From Thalia democratica (lineage: Eukaryota), in NCBI GenBank assembly GCA_965202585.1, contig OZ241829.1, forward strand, positions 29,884,001 through 29,948,000: a stretch of DNA of 64,000 nt. Direction: 5' to 3'. This document shows, piece by piece, positions 34,174 to 49,828 of this stretch (the first letter of the stretch is position 1; each line of letters starts with the position of its first letter). The notes below the pieces were generated by a model, which was given only the letters and a program-made list of their open reading frames with translations, was not told the DNA's origin and made no database searches. The position numbers and the translations under genes were made by a program.

Positions 34174-34179
34174 AATAAA
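34174..34179 (+). promoter_or_regulatory. Putative polyadenylation signal of the CCP-CTLD gene
   Basis: AATAAA about 110 nt after the stop; the motif is common by chance in AT-rich DNA. Confidence 0.45.
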
Positions 34180-34635
34180 ACAAATAAGAAACTTTTAGGT
34201 TGTTTTTTATTTATAACTTCAAATTACTTATTTGAAACTTCTTCAACTACAAAGTTAGAAGTAATTTTAAAAGGATTTGTAAGTTTTTTTACTAAATAGT
34301 AAGCCTCATTTATATTTGTTTCTAATCAAAAACTCTTTATTGAGAATGTGTTTAAATGTAAGACTTGAAAAAATTAAGTTTAAAAAAAAAAAATATAAAA
34401 GTTAGTTAAATAATTAAGTTAGGTAACATGATATTATTCAACTTCAATTTAAAAATATCGTTGTTCTTAAACAAGTTAACAAGTTTTTTGCTAAGAATCA
34501 TTATTAGTTGTTTCGGCTATCTTCAGCAAAGCTAAGATGATTTACGACATCATTCGATAAGCACTAGACTGAAACACATGAACATCAATAACCGCTCATG
34601 TGACAACCCTTGGTTTTACGATTATCATTCTATAA

Positions 34636-34843
34636 CAAGGGTTGGCAGGTCAAAACAGAAACGTTTTTTATGTGCTTTAAAAAACATATTTGAAGGTAAG
34701 TTTTTTGAACAATAAAAAAATAGGCGATAGATTATCCTTTAAAGAAAGCACTAAAATTTATTTTTTTTTGAAAATATTAATAAATTAAACTAGTAGAAAC
34801 AAAACTTTAATACGGCCCGCGGACCGCAGTTTTCCGACCCCTA
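34636..34843. mobile_element. hAT (Charlie-like) MITE, 208 bp
   Basis: Perfect 8-bp TSD TTCTATAA on both sides; termini CAAGGGTTGGCA / TAGGGGTCGGAA. Confidence 0.8.
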
Positions 34844-34997
34844 TTCTATAATAAGGGGAAATTTGAGACTTTTTTGTGGACTAAAAATTTCAAAACAACA
34901 ATTTATTTCTTTGATCTAAATTCTAAAGAACCACTTTTTAAATAATCTAATAGCTTAATGTTACAGCTAACGAAAACAGTTTTTTTTTTGTGTTTGT

Positions 34998-35707
34998 AGG
35001 GTCGATACTAGACTCTATAGAAAAAGTGGACCATTTCGGATTTTTTTAAAGTTTTTTCGCAACATATCTAAAAAAATGGGTACTTCTTTTTATCTTTTTT
35101 TTTAAACATACTTTAGTGAGTAATCTTTATTGGTGAGTGAATTTGTTTTTTATGTAAACTTAATGTGTATAGAGATAGAACCCATTTATGATTTTTTTAG
35201 TTTTGTCTTTAACTAGGGTCTTGTTGGTTAGTCAAAAAAAATCTAAGAAACTCTTAATTCACTTACTAATAATGATACTTTTTTTAAGCATTTTAAATGA
35301 AATGCTTATTTTAATCTTTTTTTGTATATTGCGAGAATCAAGAAACCCCAAAAGGGTCTATAAATATTTCTTAGTTCTCGCAGCATTTTTTATTTAATCA
35401 TAATAAGATTTTTTATTTAAAAATACTTACAAAATTATCTTTATTAGTGATTTAGTTTAAATATTATAAAAGAGATGTTTTTAGACTAAGCAAGAAGACC
35501 ATAATTAAAGACCAAAACTAAGAAATGTCCTATATTTCAATAAATATTAAGTTTTTATAACAAAACTCACCCGCCAATTAAATTATTTCACTCAAGAATA
35601 TTTAAAATAATTACTTCAAAAATATATAAGTTTTTTGAGATATGTTGCGAGAACTAAAAAAAAAGCCAAAATGTCCCACTCTTTCTATGAGCTCTAGCAC
35701 CGACTCA
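34998..35707. mobile_element. Old MITE-like element with about 75-bp degenerate inverted ends
   Basis: Left arm ..TCGATACTAGAC..AAAGTGGACCATTT..TCGCAACATATCT matches the reverse complement of 35630-35707; no TSD resolved. Confidence 0.55.
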
Positions 35708-37199
35708 TCACCCAATAAACCCAAACACAAAAAAGTATAATTCGTTTAAGCTGTATCATTAAGATATAAATTTCTATAAGAAATATTCTTTAAGTACAAA
35801 GAACAAACAAATTGTTGCGTTATGAAGTTTTTAAGTCAACATAAAAGACTTAAACTTCTTCTTATTTTAGAATGATTATCGTTTCGGTTTTGCCTTTGGT
35901 TTAGGAAAAAATAGTTTAAAACTTTAGTTTTTCAAAGATATATATCTTTTTTATAAGTTATTATTTTGTTTCTAACAATCAGTTTTTCAAAGTACAATTG
36001 GTATTTTTTACAGTTTTCTTACAGTTTTCTTATTTAATTGTTCAACAAGTGCAGTTAACCTTTTCGACGTTTAACATTAAGTTCTCATACAATAAACTTA
36101 ACAGTTTTAGAACTTTTAAAGGTAATAAAATAAATGATAATTACAAATGCTTGATACAAAAAAAAATCACAAAAAGATAATAAAACACTAAAAAAAGTTT
36201 GAACTGTGTTTCAATATGTTTTAAATTACAATCATTTAAAAAAGTACTAAAAACTTGTTATTATTTATTTAAAGGTGCTTAAACTACGTGTTATAATTAG
36301 TGATGTACCGGACCACAGTTGCCAGAATTTTATAGCTATTTTTGCCCTTATATAATTTTCAATGAAAACTTGACATACAAAATATTTTAACCGTTTGGTA
36401 TCTCCCAAGAGCTAAGTTTGACTTACTTTGAATATCAATGAATGCTTAGCTTACTATTAAAAAGTTATAGTATTGTGCTTTTCTCACAAATTTAAAGTTT
36501 ATGAAAGTAAACTTTTTCATGACTAAATACATACTTTAACTAAAGCTTCCTATACTGTTTTTTAGGTGATTGAAAAGCTACTTTCAAAAATTAAAATTTT
36601 TTGTTTATATAACTAATTATTTTATCTAAATAGAGAAATTTGTGAGTTTGCACATTCGGTTAAATGTGAAAGTTATGAGTTTGCACTGCTGCTTAAGTTT
36701 GCATTTTAAGAAATTGTATTAATAGTATTTTTTCTATTTTTTGCTAAGTAAATTAAACTTGAAAACTTTTTTTTTTAATGTAGTTATTTTTAATTCATTA
36801 ACTTCTATTTAATATACTTGAACGAAATATATTAAAAAATATTATGATACAATGCAAAAATTACATTAACATTTAATGGTCTAATCAACAAAAACCATTC
36901 GCTAGTTTGCAGTTTTAGCGATATTTTAAAACTAAATTTATATAAGTAATCAATACTTATGCTTTTAAAAACAAAAAATTCCCTTAATACTTTTGTTTCT
37001 TTATTAAAAACTTACCTTATTTGTAAAATATATTGCATTCAATGTTTACATTTTTATCAATACCTAAACTATTTTACATTACCTATAACATTTATAAGCT
37101 CTCAGTAAAAAAAATAAGGCTTTTTCATAGTTAACATTTTTATAACGTGTGAAAGTCATGTAAAAGTTTTAAATGGTTAACTTTAAAAAAAAAGTTGTA

Positions 37200-37770
37200 A
37201 ATTAATCCTATAGACAGTAGAATATATTTAACAACAACAGTATACATAAAAGAATTTTTATTTAAATTTAAGCTGGTCTTATAATAATTTTTGTTCATCA
37301 TACCAATGAAAAATATAAGGATTAAAGCTATTGAAAATAGATACTTTTATTGGTACTCATTAAAACTGAATCATAGAAAATAGAATTTCCGATTAACGGT
37401 TATTTTTTATTGATTATTTTTTAGATTTAAAAAAAAATTCATATGGTATAAGTTAATCTACAAAAAACGTTTTAAAAAAGACTAATAAAAACTAAAGCTT
37501 TTTTACAAACAAAAATCAAAGAAAAAGTAAATGTCAATATATAAACTGAAAATGTTAAGAAACAGTTTATTATTTGTAACTTAGCACAACTAAAAGTGTG
37601 AATACACCCTATAACAGTAAAATCTATTAAACAATGAAAGATACACAAAAGCTTTATTTTTAATTTGAAGCTGGTCTTATAATCTTTTATGTTCATCATA
37701 AAAATGAGAAAACATATGGATTAAAGCTATTTTAAAAATAACTTACATTGGTATTTATTAAAATTATTTA
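37200..37770. repeat. Degenerate direct repeat, 2 copies about 400 nt apart
   Basis: AAGCTGGTCTTATAAT..GTTCATCATA..GGATTAAAGCTATT occurs near 37270 and 37668. Confidence 0.6.
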
Positions 37771-40700
37771 AAAAAATATGTTATTTACATTCCTGTTCTA
37801 ATAGTTTTATGTCATTAACTAAGTGAAAATGAAAAAAAGATCTAACAACACCAGTAAATATACTTTGAAATGTAAAAAAGTTGATTAAGAATAGTATCTA
37901 CACTGGTATTCATAGTAGTTAAATTTTAATCAAAATGTAGAGCTTAAAATTATAGTTTTAAAAATTCAATTAAAAACTTTCAGTTTGTAATTAAAAAAAG
38001 CTAACTTTTATCCATACTTTTAAAAATAAATAAAATCGATGGGAAGATATAGCTAAAAATACTTTTTACACTCATATAAAATTGAATATCAAAAACTACA
38101 ACATTAATTGAAAGATTACACACTTAACCTCAAATGTACAAGGTAAAAGTGTAATTAGTTTAAAGCATTCATGTATTACCAATGATGTAAAAAAAAAACA
38201 GAGATTTAAAAAAAAAAACAAATTTAATATTAAATGTTTTAAAACATTACATGAGCTTAATTATATACAATAATTAACAATAAGGTATGTACCTTTAATC
38301 TAATTAATTTAAAATCTACTACACAACATTTTTAATCATATAGTATATATGAATTCTGTCTTAAAAGTTTTTTTTTTTTCTGAGATTAAAAAAATTAAAC
38401 TACATGTTTCAAATAACTTACTACAATACAATTTTCAAATAAGTTTCAAATAACTAAGCTTTATAATGCATTTTATATTGCAAGCTTGAGTAATTTTGTT
38501 TATTCTACAAAAATTTGAAAATCAGTTAAAACAAAGCATTTTGAAATCAATTTTTAAACATAAACTTAGTTAAATGTAGTTTAATAAAAATAAATATAAA
38601 AAAACACTAAGTAATAACCTTTTTGTCGATATTAAAGTTGACTTAAAAAGTAAAGAAACTTTTAATGCAATCAAAAACTAAATTGCTTTAAACAGTTACT
38701 TTTTTTTAGAGTCACCTACTTTCTTAAAAAAGCTTAAAGTAGCATCAAAGTTAAAAGAAAATTCACACAAGAAGGAACTTTCTTTCGAAAATTTTACCTT
38801 TTCAACATAAAACTCGTTAAAATGTTATATGTTTGATTTGTTATTAACATGTAGAAAACAAAAACAGCAAAAATATATTTTTTTTTTCAATTTTAAGTAG
38901 ATTAACACACTCTTATAGTTTAATACAACAAAAAAATAGAATTAACAGGAGATTTTAAGCACATTTTAAGTTAAAAAACAATACTTTATCTAATTGTTAA
39001 GATTTTTACACAAATCAGTGATTGATAAAACTATAATTCTAATAAAATGATAAAACAATTGAGTAACAAATTCTTTGTTAAAATATAAATTAAGTTTAAC
39101 TTTTTAGAAAAAAAACTGTGAGTGATAAAACTACAAATATGTACTAAACTAATTAATAAAAAACATCTCTAAAAAGTTTTCATTTCCTAAAAACTCAGAT
39201 AAAATAAAACATTAAGAACAAACTATTTCAATATATCAAGTATACCTAGCTCTGAAGTTGGTGATTTTACACTTAAATCTTAATAAAATTGCAAAACCTC
39301 TAGGAAACACGACAACTTATTCATAATAATACATACTATTATCTTTAATTACAAGACATGTATAAAGGTAATTTAAACATTTTTACAGAGTTTAAAATTT
39401 CAGCTTAACCATTCAAAAATGCTTTTAGCATTGAAACATATTCTAAAAAACAAGTTTCAAACCTCTTGAATTATATTATTGGGTAGTTGAAGCATCTAAT
39501 GTGGGTCTGCTATTTTTTAAATTGAACTTTTTAATTTTGGACAAAGAAGCTAATTTGAGGTTTCTATCCAACCACTTTCATTGGTAGTATTTTTCATATC
39601 AACCTACAGAATATAAAAAGTAATTATGCTCCCTTTAATATATATATACTGGTTATGAAAAGTGCATGAACAAGGGCATTCAAGTAGACCAACTAAAGTC
39701 AAAAATTAAAGTCAAGCTATATACAATTTATTCATATAATTTTTGAATTTGTGATTAAAGAGATTTTGATAATAATGTTTAAATGTTCGAGATGATCAAC
39801 AGAACTAGAATTGACTATTTTCTAAAATTATTTCATAAGAAAAGCGTTACAATTTATATGTATAATTTTTGTAGCTTGTTTTACTTCATTTGCTTTAAAC
39901 AACTTTTACTGATTTTTAATTTAGGGTAAATTTACAATTTATAATAACAAGCTTTTTTTGTAAAAAAAAAACTGTTACTTGGATAAATCTATTCATTTTA
40001 CATAAGACTCTAAAAATAATTTTCAAAATGATTACAAATAAATAATAATTATACATAATATTATTACAAATTTAGAAATTAAAACCTTTCTACTAAATAA
40101 CTAGAAGAACTTAATTAAATTCTAAAAAAAATAACTCTTTACAAGCAGAACCAATATTACATAATGTTAGTAAATTTGGTATATAAAAAATAGTTATAAC
40201 TTTTGGATGCTTACCAAAATAGCTGATTTCGCCAGCCTTAACAGTAGCCTTGTCAACAAAAAGGGAATTATAAGTCATCTCCAACTTTCTTTTTGAGTAA
40301 TCCTTGCACATGGGCCAAAGGTCATGTTTTATCACAGCTGTGCACTCGCTACGCCTCAAATGAGCTGCTGGTACTTTATCATCAAACATTTAAGCAAGCA
40401 GCTGCTTATGCCCAGTATTGCCTCAAGCATCTTAGCTTGAGTTGTAACATTTATGACACCTATTGTGAATGATGAGGGAGCCTGGTGTAGATTTGTTTTT
40501 AAGCCTCCACTACAAATAATTGATTATAACTTAATAGTAATTATAATTTCAGAAATCTACTCAAATTTTCTTTATTAAAATTTAAAAAAGTCATTTTACA
40601 ATAACCTTTGTGAAAAAGTCTTAGAGGCCAAAAAAAACTCAGTAAGTTTTAAAAATGATCTTTGCTCTTTTTCCAAGTATAGTTATAATTTAGTTAATTC

Positions 40701-43700
40701 AAATTTAACTTACTTTTTTGAATTTAGTTTTTATATTCTAAGTTTAATTAATTTTGTGTTTACAAATTAAGCAACAATTACAACACTGTTACATAATTAA
40801 GTTACAAAAATATTTTTAGAGTAACTCAAAGTTTCTGTAGGGTGAGGTTTGATTTACATTTAATAAACTTTTAATAAATAATAATTTATATATGTCGAAT
40901 GAACACTCATAGTTAATAACACCATATTACAGAAGGCGCATTCAACTAACGCAGTTTTACAAATGTACAAAAAATAACTTTACATAACAGTTATATTTTT
41001 ATGAAATGTTTATAGCACAAATTAATTAAAACTACCATTTGTTAAATGCTGGCTACTTATAGCATGGTGCATTAGAGTAAAACTTTTAGTATTTTGGTAA
41101 TATTTAAAACCCATCAATTATTTTGTAAAAATAAATAAATTACATATATAATCTGTCCATACTATTTATAGGTTTTGTTTATGTCTGTACAGTTTATTGT
41201 TATGTTTCCTATATTCTATAATTTTTACTTAGAAAAATAAGTGAACAAACTAAAAAGCATCTAGAAATTTATCAAACTATACAAATATCTGCTGAAAAAT
41301 ATAAGAGATTCTTTATGTCAAACCAAAATTTTACTACTTAATATGCAAAAATTGTTAACAATTACAGGTTTTCTAGTAATTTGTTTTGATTATTCAAGGT
41401 TTTTCCAGGATTCTAGAATTTTTTACCACTCTATCAAAAGTTTATATTTATGTTTTACATAATTTCTATAATAATTCATTAGTTGGACCTGTTGTACATT
41501 CCATACCACTTGTTAAAATGTTTTTAATAAACAGGGTAGCTAGTGATTTTTATAAATTTCTTCCTGGTTATCTGATTTCGTTCTACATTTTAGTTTTTAA
41601 TTACAAGTTTAGTTGTTTCTTTAAGTATAAAGTTAAACTAAAGGTAAAAAAATAATGAAAAGATACTATACAGCTACTTGATATAAATGGGTTTTTTATT
41701 AAACAAAAATATGAAAAATATTTAAACATATTATCAATATATAGTAGTTCATTTTATAAAGAACTTGTTTAAATTTTTAGTTTAAAATTCAAGGTAAAAT
41801 GGGGAACTGAAAAAGTTTTCTTTTAAAAATTTTTGAGAAAATTTTATAAAGTTTGTTGTACCTTTATAATCAAATTGAAAGTATTTTAAAAAACAGTGTA
41901 AAATTAAGTGCAGGAGCACAAATATAGAAAATCAATATAGTATGACAAAGTGTTAGTAGCCTCCTAAAACAGATCAAACTTATTTTTAGTCTGGAACTAT
42001 TTAAAAAATCATCAAGGTAAATTGTGTATATAAAAATATAACAACTAGTCCAACACTATGCAAAATAATTAAATCTATTGTTTCAATCAATATTTTCCAA
42101 TCACCATATAAAACAACAAACCGAACAAAACAGTTGCAAATGTTTCAAAATGACATTAAAAAATCAAGAAGTGATTTTGTAATTTTTTCGAAAATAATTT
42201 AAGGGCATGGGGCATATAATCATAAAACACTTTTTTTCACAATTTTATTTTATTTTATATATTTTTACTAAGCTACAAAATGCTTTTTACAGCTTTTAAA
42301 AATTCAAAATAATTTTTGAGATATAGCCAGTCAAAGTAAGAGGCAAAAATAGGTTCCTTACAGGAGTTGCAGACTAAAACTGCAAAAATAGACTATTTTA
42401 CTAAAAAGTTATCTTCTCCTACGTTTTTTGAGATTAGTTATTTTAAAAATCTGGCCAAGAGAGAACCTTGTATACACTAAACACATTTAACTTTGATTAT
42501 AAAAACTAAAATGTGCAATTTTGTATCTACAGGTAGAATTTAAAAAACAAATTTACCACTTCTGTATCAAAACAGATCCTTTCTATTTTTTTTATAAAAA
42601 TATTCTTTAAATACTATCCTTTTGAAACAGTTAGTATTTTATAATCTTAAACTAATATATCTACCAAAAATTCAACTTCACAAACTTCATACAAATTTTG
42701 TCTTAAATATAAGTCCATTAGCAACCAGAGAAAAAGCACATTTTCAATTTATAACTTAAAGTTTATTAAAAAAAGAAAACATGTGAGGCTCAAAACTAAG
42801 GTCGATGGATTGGTGTGCAGAAGGACCTTTCAGTCATGGGCTGCGCATCATTTGCTTGTGACTAATACTTTGAGCTAAATTTAAAAACAATAATAAGTAA
42901 AAAATAAACAAAAAACTTAACAACTATTTATACATACAATAAAAACAATAGTAAGCACTTTTTTTAACTCATTACTGCCAATATTGACCATGGAAACTAT
43001 AGTCTACCATGGGCTCCACCCACACTGTCTCCTACCCTAGATTTTGATTTTTACATCATTTAAATTTTACTTTTCCCTTTCTACAAGAGCAACCAAAAAA
43101 ATGCAATAAATAACTCAAAAATAAATAAAAGGAAAGAATTGGTAAATTCACTACAATAAAATATTTAGTATAATCATAATTCTTAAGATCACCATGTATT
43201 TTAAATATTGTCTAGAAAAATTTTGTATATGTATGTAGGTAAAAATTTTAAATATTTGCTTAACTGCTTTATTGATTTGTAAACTCGTTTTATTGAATAA
43301 AACAATTAACACGTCCAACCAGCATAAAGTTTGTTTTAATTTAAGTAAATTAAATGAAAAACGTAAAAAAATGTCTAAGTGCAAAAAAGAGTTAAAAAAT
43401 TTGCTTTTTCACATTGCTTATGTTTACTTATATACCAATATTCAAGAAATTTTAGTTTGAAGTTTATAAAGTTAATTTTTAAGATATAATATGTATAAAA
43501 TGAAATGATAAAATACTTTCTATCAAAAGGAATAGATATTTTTTTAACTAATATACTATGAATTGAGCTGTTTGATTTTTTTATATGGTGAATAAACATC
43601 AGTCTCAAACTCTACTGCTTATTTTACTCAAACAATGAAATTATTTTAATTATCTTAAACTAACAAACAAGATTATAATTAACTTAACCTTTTTAATGAC

Positions 43701-44153
43701 AGTTTTTAATTAGATTTCTAAATATTTTTTAAGGAAATAACTGATTGTAATAATTTTACTTTTATCATTCAACAAGAGTTTGTAAACAAAATTTAAAGCT
43801 AAAATTTAAGTTAATTTAAAACTCATTTTGACAAAAAATTTTATTATCATACATTAATTTCAGTTTACTAATTATTTATGCTGTTTTACTCTTTATAAAA
43901 GGTTACTTTAGATCAAAAAGCTATTACTAGATGAGCCAAATGTTAGAGTTATCAGAAACTAAAAATTTTAAAGCTTTTAAAAAAGGGGGTTTTATTTATT
44001 CTAAAGGCAATTTTTTTTTTAAAACGGCAATATTTTTTTCCATAAGCTTATAGTGTGAAATCACTTATCGCAATTATTTAAGGGCTAAAAGCTAATTTAT
44101 TACCACCTTCCAAAAAGCAATTTTTTTACTAAGATTTATAGCTTTATAGCTAC

Positions 44154-44757
<604 letters not shown>

Positions 44758-46327
44758 ATTACAAAAAACTTACGTATAAACCTATTAAACTTCCTTTTAT
44801 TTACGAGAATAGTAGTGCATAACCACGAAGTTTGTTTATTAACCGATATACAAACATAAAAACCTTAACATCATTCTATTAAAGGTGTTTTTTTATGTAT
44901 TTCAATCATTTCTATTTTTTTATAGAATACATTACTAATAAACATAAAAAACTTCTGAAACAAATTTTTAGTAACATTAGTGCTCACTATCGAAACTTAA
45001 AAAGCATATATTTAATAAGTTCCTACTACTTATCTTTTCAGTGTACAGCTCAATGTTCGGTTATTAATCAAAAATAAAAGATAATAACTTAGTAATTGAA
45101 AAAAAATATTATTCGTATAATAATGTATACTAAATTTCGATATAATTGAAGTGTTCAAATAGATCATAAATGTTTGTTCAATTAATAGATACACTTGTTT
45201 TATTTTTTAATAGGTACAAAAAAAATTAAAATACTAAATTTGTTGAAAGAAAAAATAATCTTTTTAATTTAAAGAAAATAATGAAAAATACTGATTAATG
45301 ATTACTAATTTAAGATGGTAAAAATAAATCTTAAGAGTAGTTTTTTTAGTTAAATTTCAATAGAATTTTTACAAATTACTTACATACATTTTATCATTTA
45401 GTAAAACAATAAATATAGAAAAAACTCATTAGGAAGTTTTTTAAACACGGAAAAAAACTGAGTTGGTTTTGAAATATTTCTAAGTATTTTGAAGTTTTTG
45501 TCAAAATCTAAACTATTATTTTTTTTAATTTTTGAAAATAAGAGATTTTTTATTAACAAAACTAGATTATACACAAGTACTTATTTTTAAAATAAAAGCT
45601 TAGTTTATTTTAAGTACTATAGCTTTTTGATTTTCTTTAAATAATATTTTTAATTTTGTTACAAATATCAATTTACAAAATACTTAAATGAATTACGGCG
45701 TTTCGCTTCACAGAAAATAATTATCTTTACAAAATCTAATATTCACAAGTTTTAACCACAGGTATTCTCCTGCGTAAACTTCATGATGTGTTATGTAAAT
45801 TTATATAATAATGCTTAGAACACAATTAATTTAATTTTAAAATAAGCTCTTCTGTTAAGAATTTATTTTCTTTTTAAACAAATAAAATTGTGTATATGTC
45901 ATAAATAAACAAATTAAGTTTTCTTATTTAATTAAAAATTTAAAAAGTTGAAATATTTTATTTATTTTCAACTTTTACATATTAAAGCAACACATAAACC
46001 TAAAACAGTGTTTAAAGAAAAATTTTAAAAATTAAAATTTTCAACAATTTTTTAAACAAGCTTTTTTTTAACAAATTTATCATAGAAATATATATATTAA
46101 CTTGTACTTATACAATTAAAAAATCGTTTAAATTGTATATAAATTATAAAAAATTTTAATTAAACAAGAACATACTAGTATACAATTTGGTATATGTCAA
46201 CTTACAACTAGGTAATAAAAAACAACGCTTCTATGTATTTAACATTTAAGTTCTGATGCTATTTTATATTTAACTATTTTGATGACTTCGTATATGCTTA
46301 TTTCTATCAGACCTAACTATTTACCAA

Positions 46328-46933
46328 TTCAACATTCTGTAGAATCATAAGGTTTTTCTCCAAATAAACTCTAAAGTGTGTGACAAATTTACTTTTTTAC
46401 CAAACTCTTTCTAGCAAATATCACATTCATGAGCTTTTATTTTTGCGTGTGTCGACATACGAGTTTTAAAATTTTACTTTTCGTAGAATTTTTTTACAAA
46501 TCCCACATTACAAATACTTTACTCCAGTATAAATTAATATGTGTTTATTTACGCTAAAATTTTAAATAACACTACTATCAACTAAACTATTTTTATTTAT
46601 AAATTCTAGTGTTTGAGCATATTTAGACGTTTTTTTCTAGTTTGAGTAACAAAGTCACTTTTCATATAAATTACCTTTTTTACTTCTATGTACTATAATA
46701 TCTAGCGTCAAACAATTTTATTGTGAAAACATCTTGTGACCAACATACATTAAAATTCTTTATTATTATTAACCAGCAAGCATCGCTCAAATATTCTTTT
46801 GATGCTAAATTGTTTTACCAACAACACATTGGAATTCCTTTTGACCTGATTTTTGCATCGATATTTGTTGACTCCAACTAATTTTACGAGTGAAGTTTTT
46901 ATTACAATCATCACACTTATATGATTTCTCTCC
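46328..46933 (-). pseudogene. Highly decayed C2H2 zinc-finger copy 2
   Basis: Remnants GEKSYKCDDCNKNFTR, KEFQCVV, AHECDIC, GEKPY..EC with many stops and shifts. Confidence 0.7.
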
Positions 46934-48307
46934 GAACTAAATTTTTTAGTATTTATTCAAGTTTAATTTCCTCGATTATTTTTTCTGACACAATTCTCGA
47001 AACTTGCATTTGCCATCAAATTGCATAAAACAACATAGCTCTTTCTAAATCAAATGCTATAAAGTTTGTTTTTCTAATAAAAGTAAAAATGACATACTGC
47101 AATTAAATCAGCTTAAAATATACGTTTAATAAACTGTTTTTTTATAAAATATATCATATATTGTAAATATTTTTGAATCAAATATAACTTTTTCAGTAAT
47201 TGCTAATGGTTTAATTTTTTTATAGAAAAATATTAAGTGATTATGACATACTCCATAATATAATAATACAAAATAAATTTTAGTGAATAAGTTTTAAACT
47301 ATTCTTCTTTAACACGATGAAACAGAATCATACAACTTTAGTTAATTTATAAAACTTCCAAGAAATTAAGTGACTGTTTTTTAATTATAGTCTATTCGTT
47401 TATAATGTCGTAAATAACTTGATAAAACTAAATATATTCCTATAGAAGAATTTGTTGAGCTGAATATACACCATTGATTTTTGTATGTTTTACTATCTTT
47501 TCAAATAAGGTGGTTTACTTAAAATTAATATAATCTTTGTGTCGATACACACGATGAATAAGTAAACTAGGTGTTTTGCAACTACAATGACAATTAGTTC
47601 CTCTCAAATTATTTACTACTTTCCTATTAAATATATGTAGCATATTTAATTTATCTACAAACGAATATATTTAATAAATTTTTAACTGTTGTTTAAGTAA
47701 CTTCGTTATGTTGTTAGTAATTTAAAAAAATTGTCAATGAAAACAAAAATAAATTATCAAACTACGGATATAGCTTTCTAGTTGAACTATTTTAAATAAC
47801 TTTAGCTTAACAATGAAAAATTTCTAAAATTACGTTTTCAAATACTTGTAAGTATAAACAAAAAAAAGCATTAAAATCTTAAAAAACACCATGATCGATC
47901 AAAAACAGTTAAAAAATGTAATCTAAAATTGCAAAATTTTCTTTTTTAATAATGAATAAAAGTATTGTACTTTAAAGTAGGTCTGCCGTCTGCCAATTAG
48001 ATTACACTAAAATTTTATTTTCTTAATTTATTATACAATTTAAATACAGTTTAAAACAACACAAAAAAAAAGACTTCCTAAAAAATTTATATGATTATCA
48101 ATTGAGTTTTTTCTACTTTGACTTAAAACAATAATAATTTGAATGTTGTTATCACAATTAAAAAGATATTTCAACAAAAATCAGAAAGTCTTAAACCTTT
48201 TAAAACGATTTAAAAACTTTTAAAAGAGCTTTAAATGAGTGATGCTCAATTAAAAAGTCGGTTACAATGAACTAGTTCTCATGATAAATCAAATTATTCC
48301 TGTTCTT

Positions 48308-48860
<553 letters not shown>

Positions 48861-49601
48861 TTGTTTTATATTTGAAAATATTTATTTTTGAAACAAAGCT
48901 TAGTTTGTTTTATACTAGAAATATTAATAAAAAATAAGATTAATCGCTTAAAAAAATATTAAAATGATTTGAATATAATTTATATTATTTAGGCAGCCTT
49001 AAAACTGTTTAGTATATAAAAAAGTATAAGACTTTGAATAAAAATATTAGATGTAACAGTTTTATATGCTTTTTTGATATAAGTTTTACTACGATAAGAT
49101 TTTTTTTTGTTTGTCTTTAAAATAAATTTAATATATTAAGGTTTTATGTTTGGTTGTAATACATAACTAGTACTCAATTTAATGATTGATAATATTGTAA
49201 GTTATAATCTATTATAGTAAGTTGTTACTTAGAAAAGAAACTATTTAAAATATTTTTTTTCTTTTTCTAATGATTAAAAACAGTTTTTTAACTTTTTGTT
49301 TCAAAATTTTTATCTAAACTTAATTATTTATGCTATCTGGTTAAAGTTTTTTTTCTCTAGCGTTTTTAAGCAATTAAGATAGTTTCTTGTCAGTTATTTA
49401 CAAACAATAATAAAACCAAGAAGAATTGAAAATTGAAAATGATGTTTTTACAATTAAGAACACACTACAACAAAAGTCAGGAAATCTTAAACCTTTTAAA
49501 ACAATTTAAAAACTTTTAAAAGAGTTTTAAATGAGTGATGCTCAATTAAAAAGTCGGTTACAATGAACTAGTTTTCATGTTAAATCAAATTATTCCTATT
49601 C

Positions 49602-49828
49602 TTAATTTAACTCCTTATGATAAGTATGTATATGCTTATTTCGACCAAAGTTCTGAGTAAACCATTTTCCACATTCTGCACAACCATATGGTTTTTTACC
49701 TAAATGAATTGTAAAGTGCTGAACTAAATTACCTCTATGACTAAATTTCTTCTTGCAAGCATCACACTAATGAAATGCTTTTTAGTGTGAGTAAACATGT
49801 GAGTTTTCAGATGAAGCCTATAAAAAAA
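49602..49828 (-). pseudogene. 5'-truncated C2H2 zinc-finger copy 4 (duplicate of the copy 3 3' end and flank)
   Basis: [38 protein letters not shown]; about 48125-48535 is repeated at about 49400-49830. Confidence 0.75.

Noticed and set aside
35188-43608. AT-rich hydrophobic ORFs (35188, 35998, 37472, 41386, 43151, 43272, 43375)
   Set aside because: F/I/L/K-biased products expected from low-complexity AT-rich DNA; non-ATG starts in several; no domain signal
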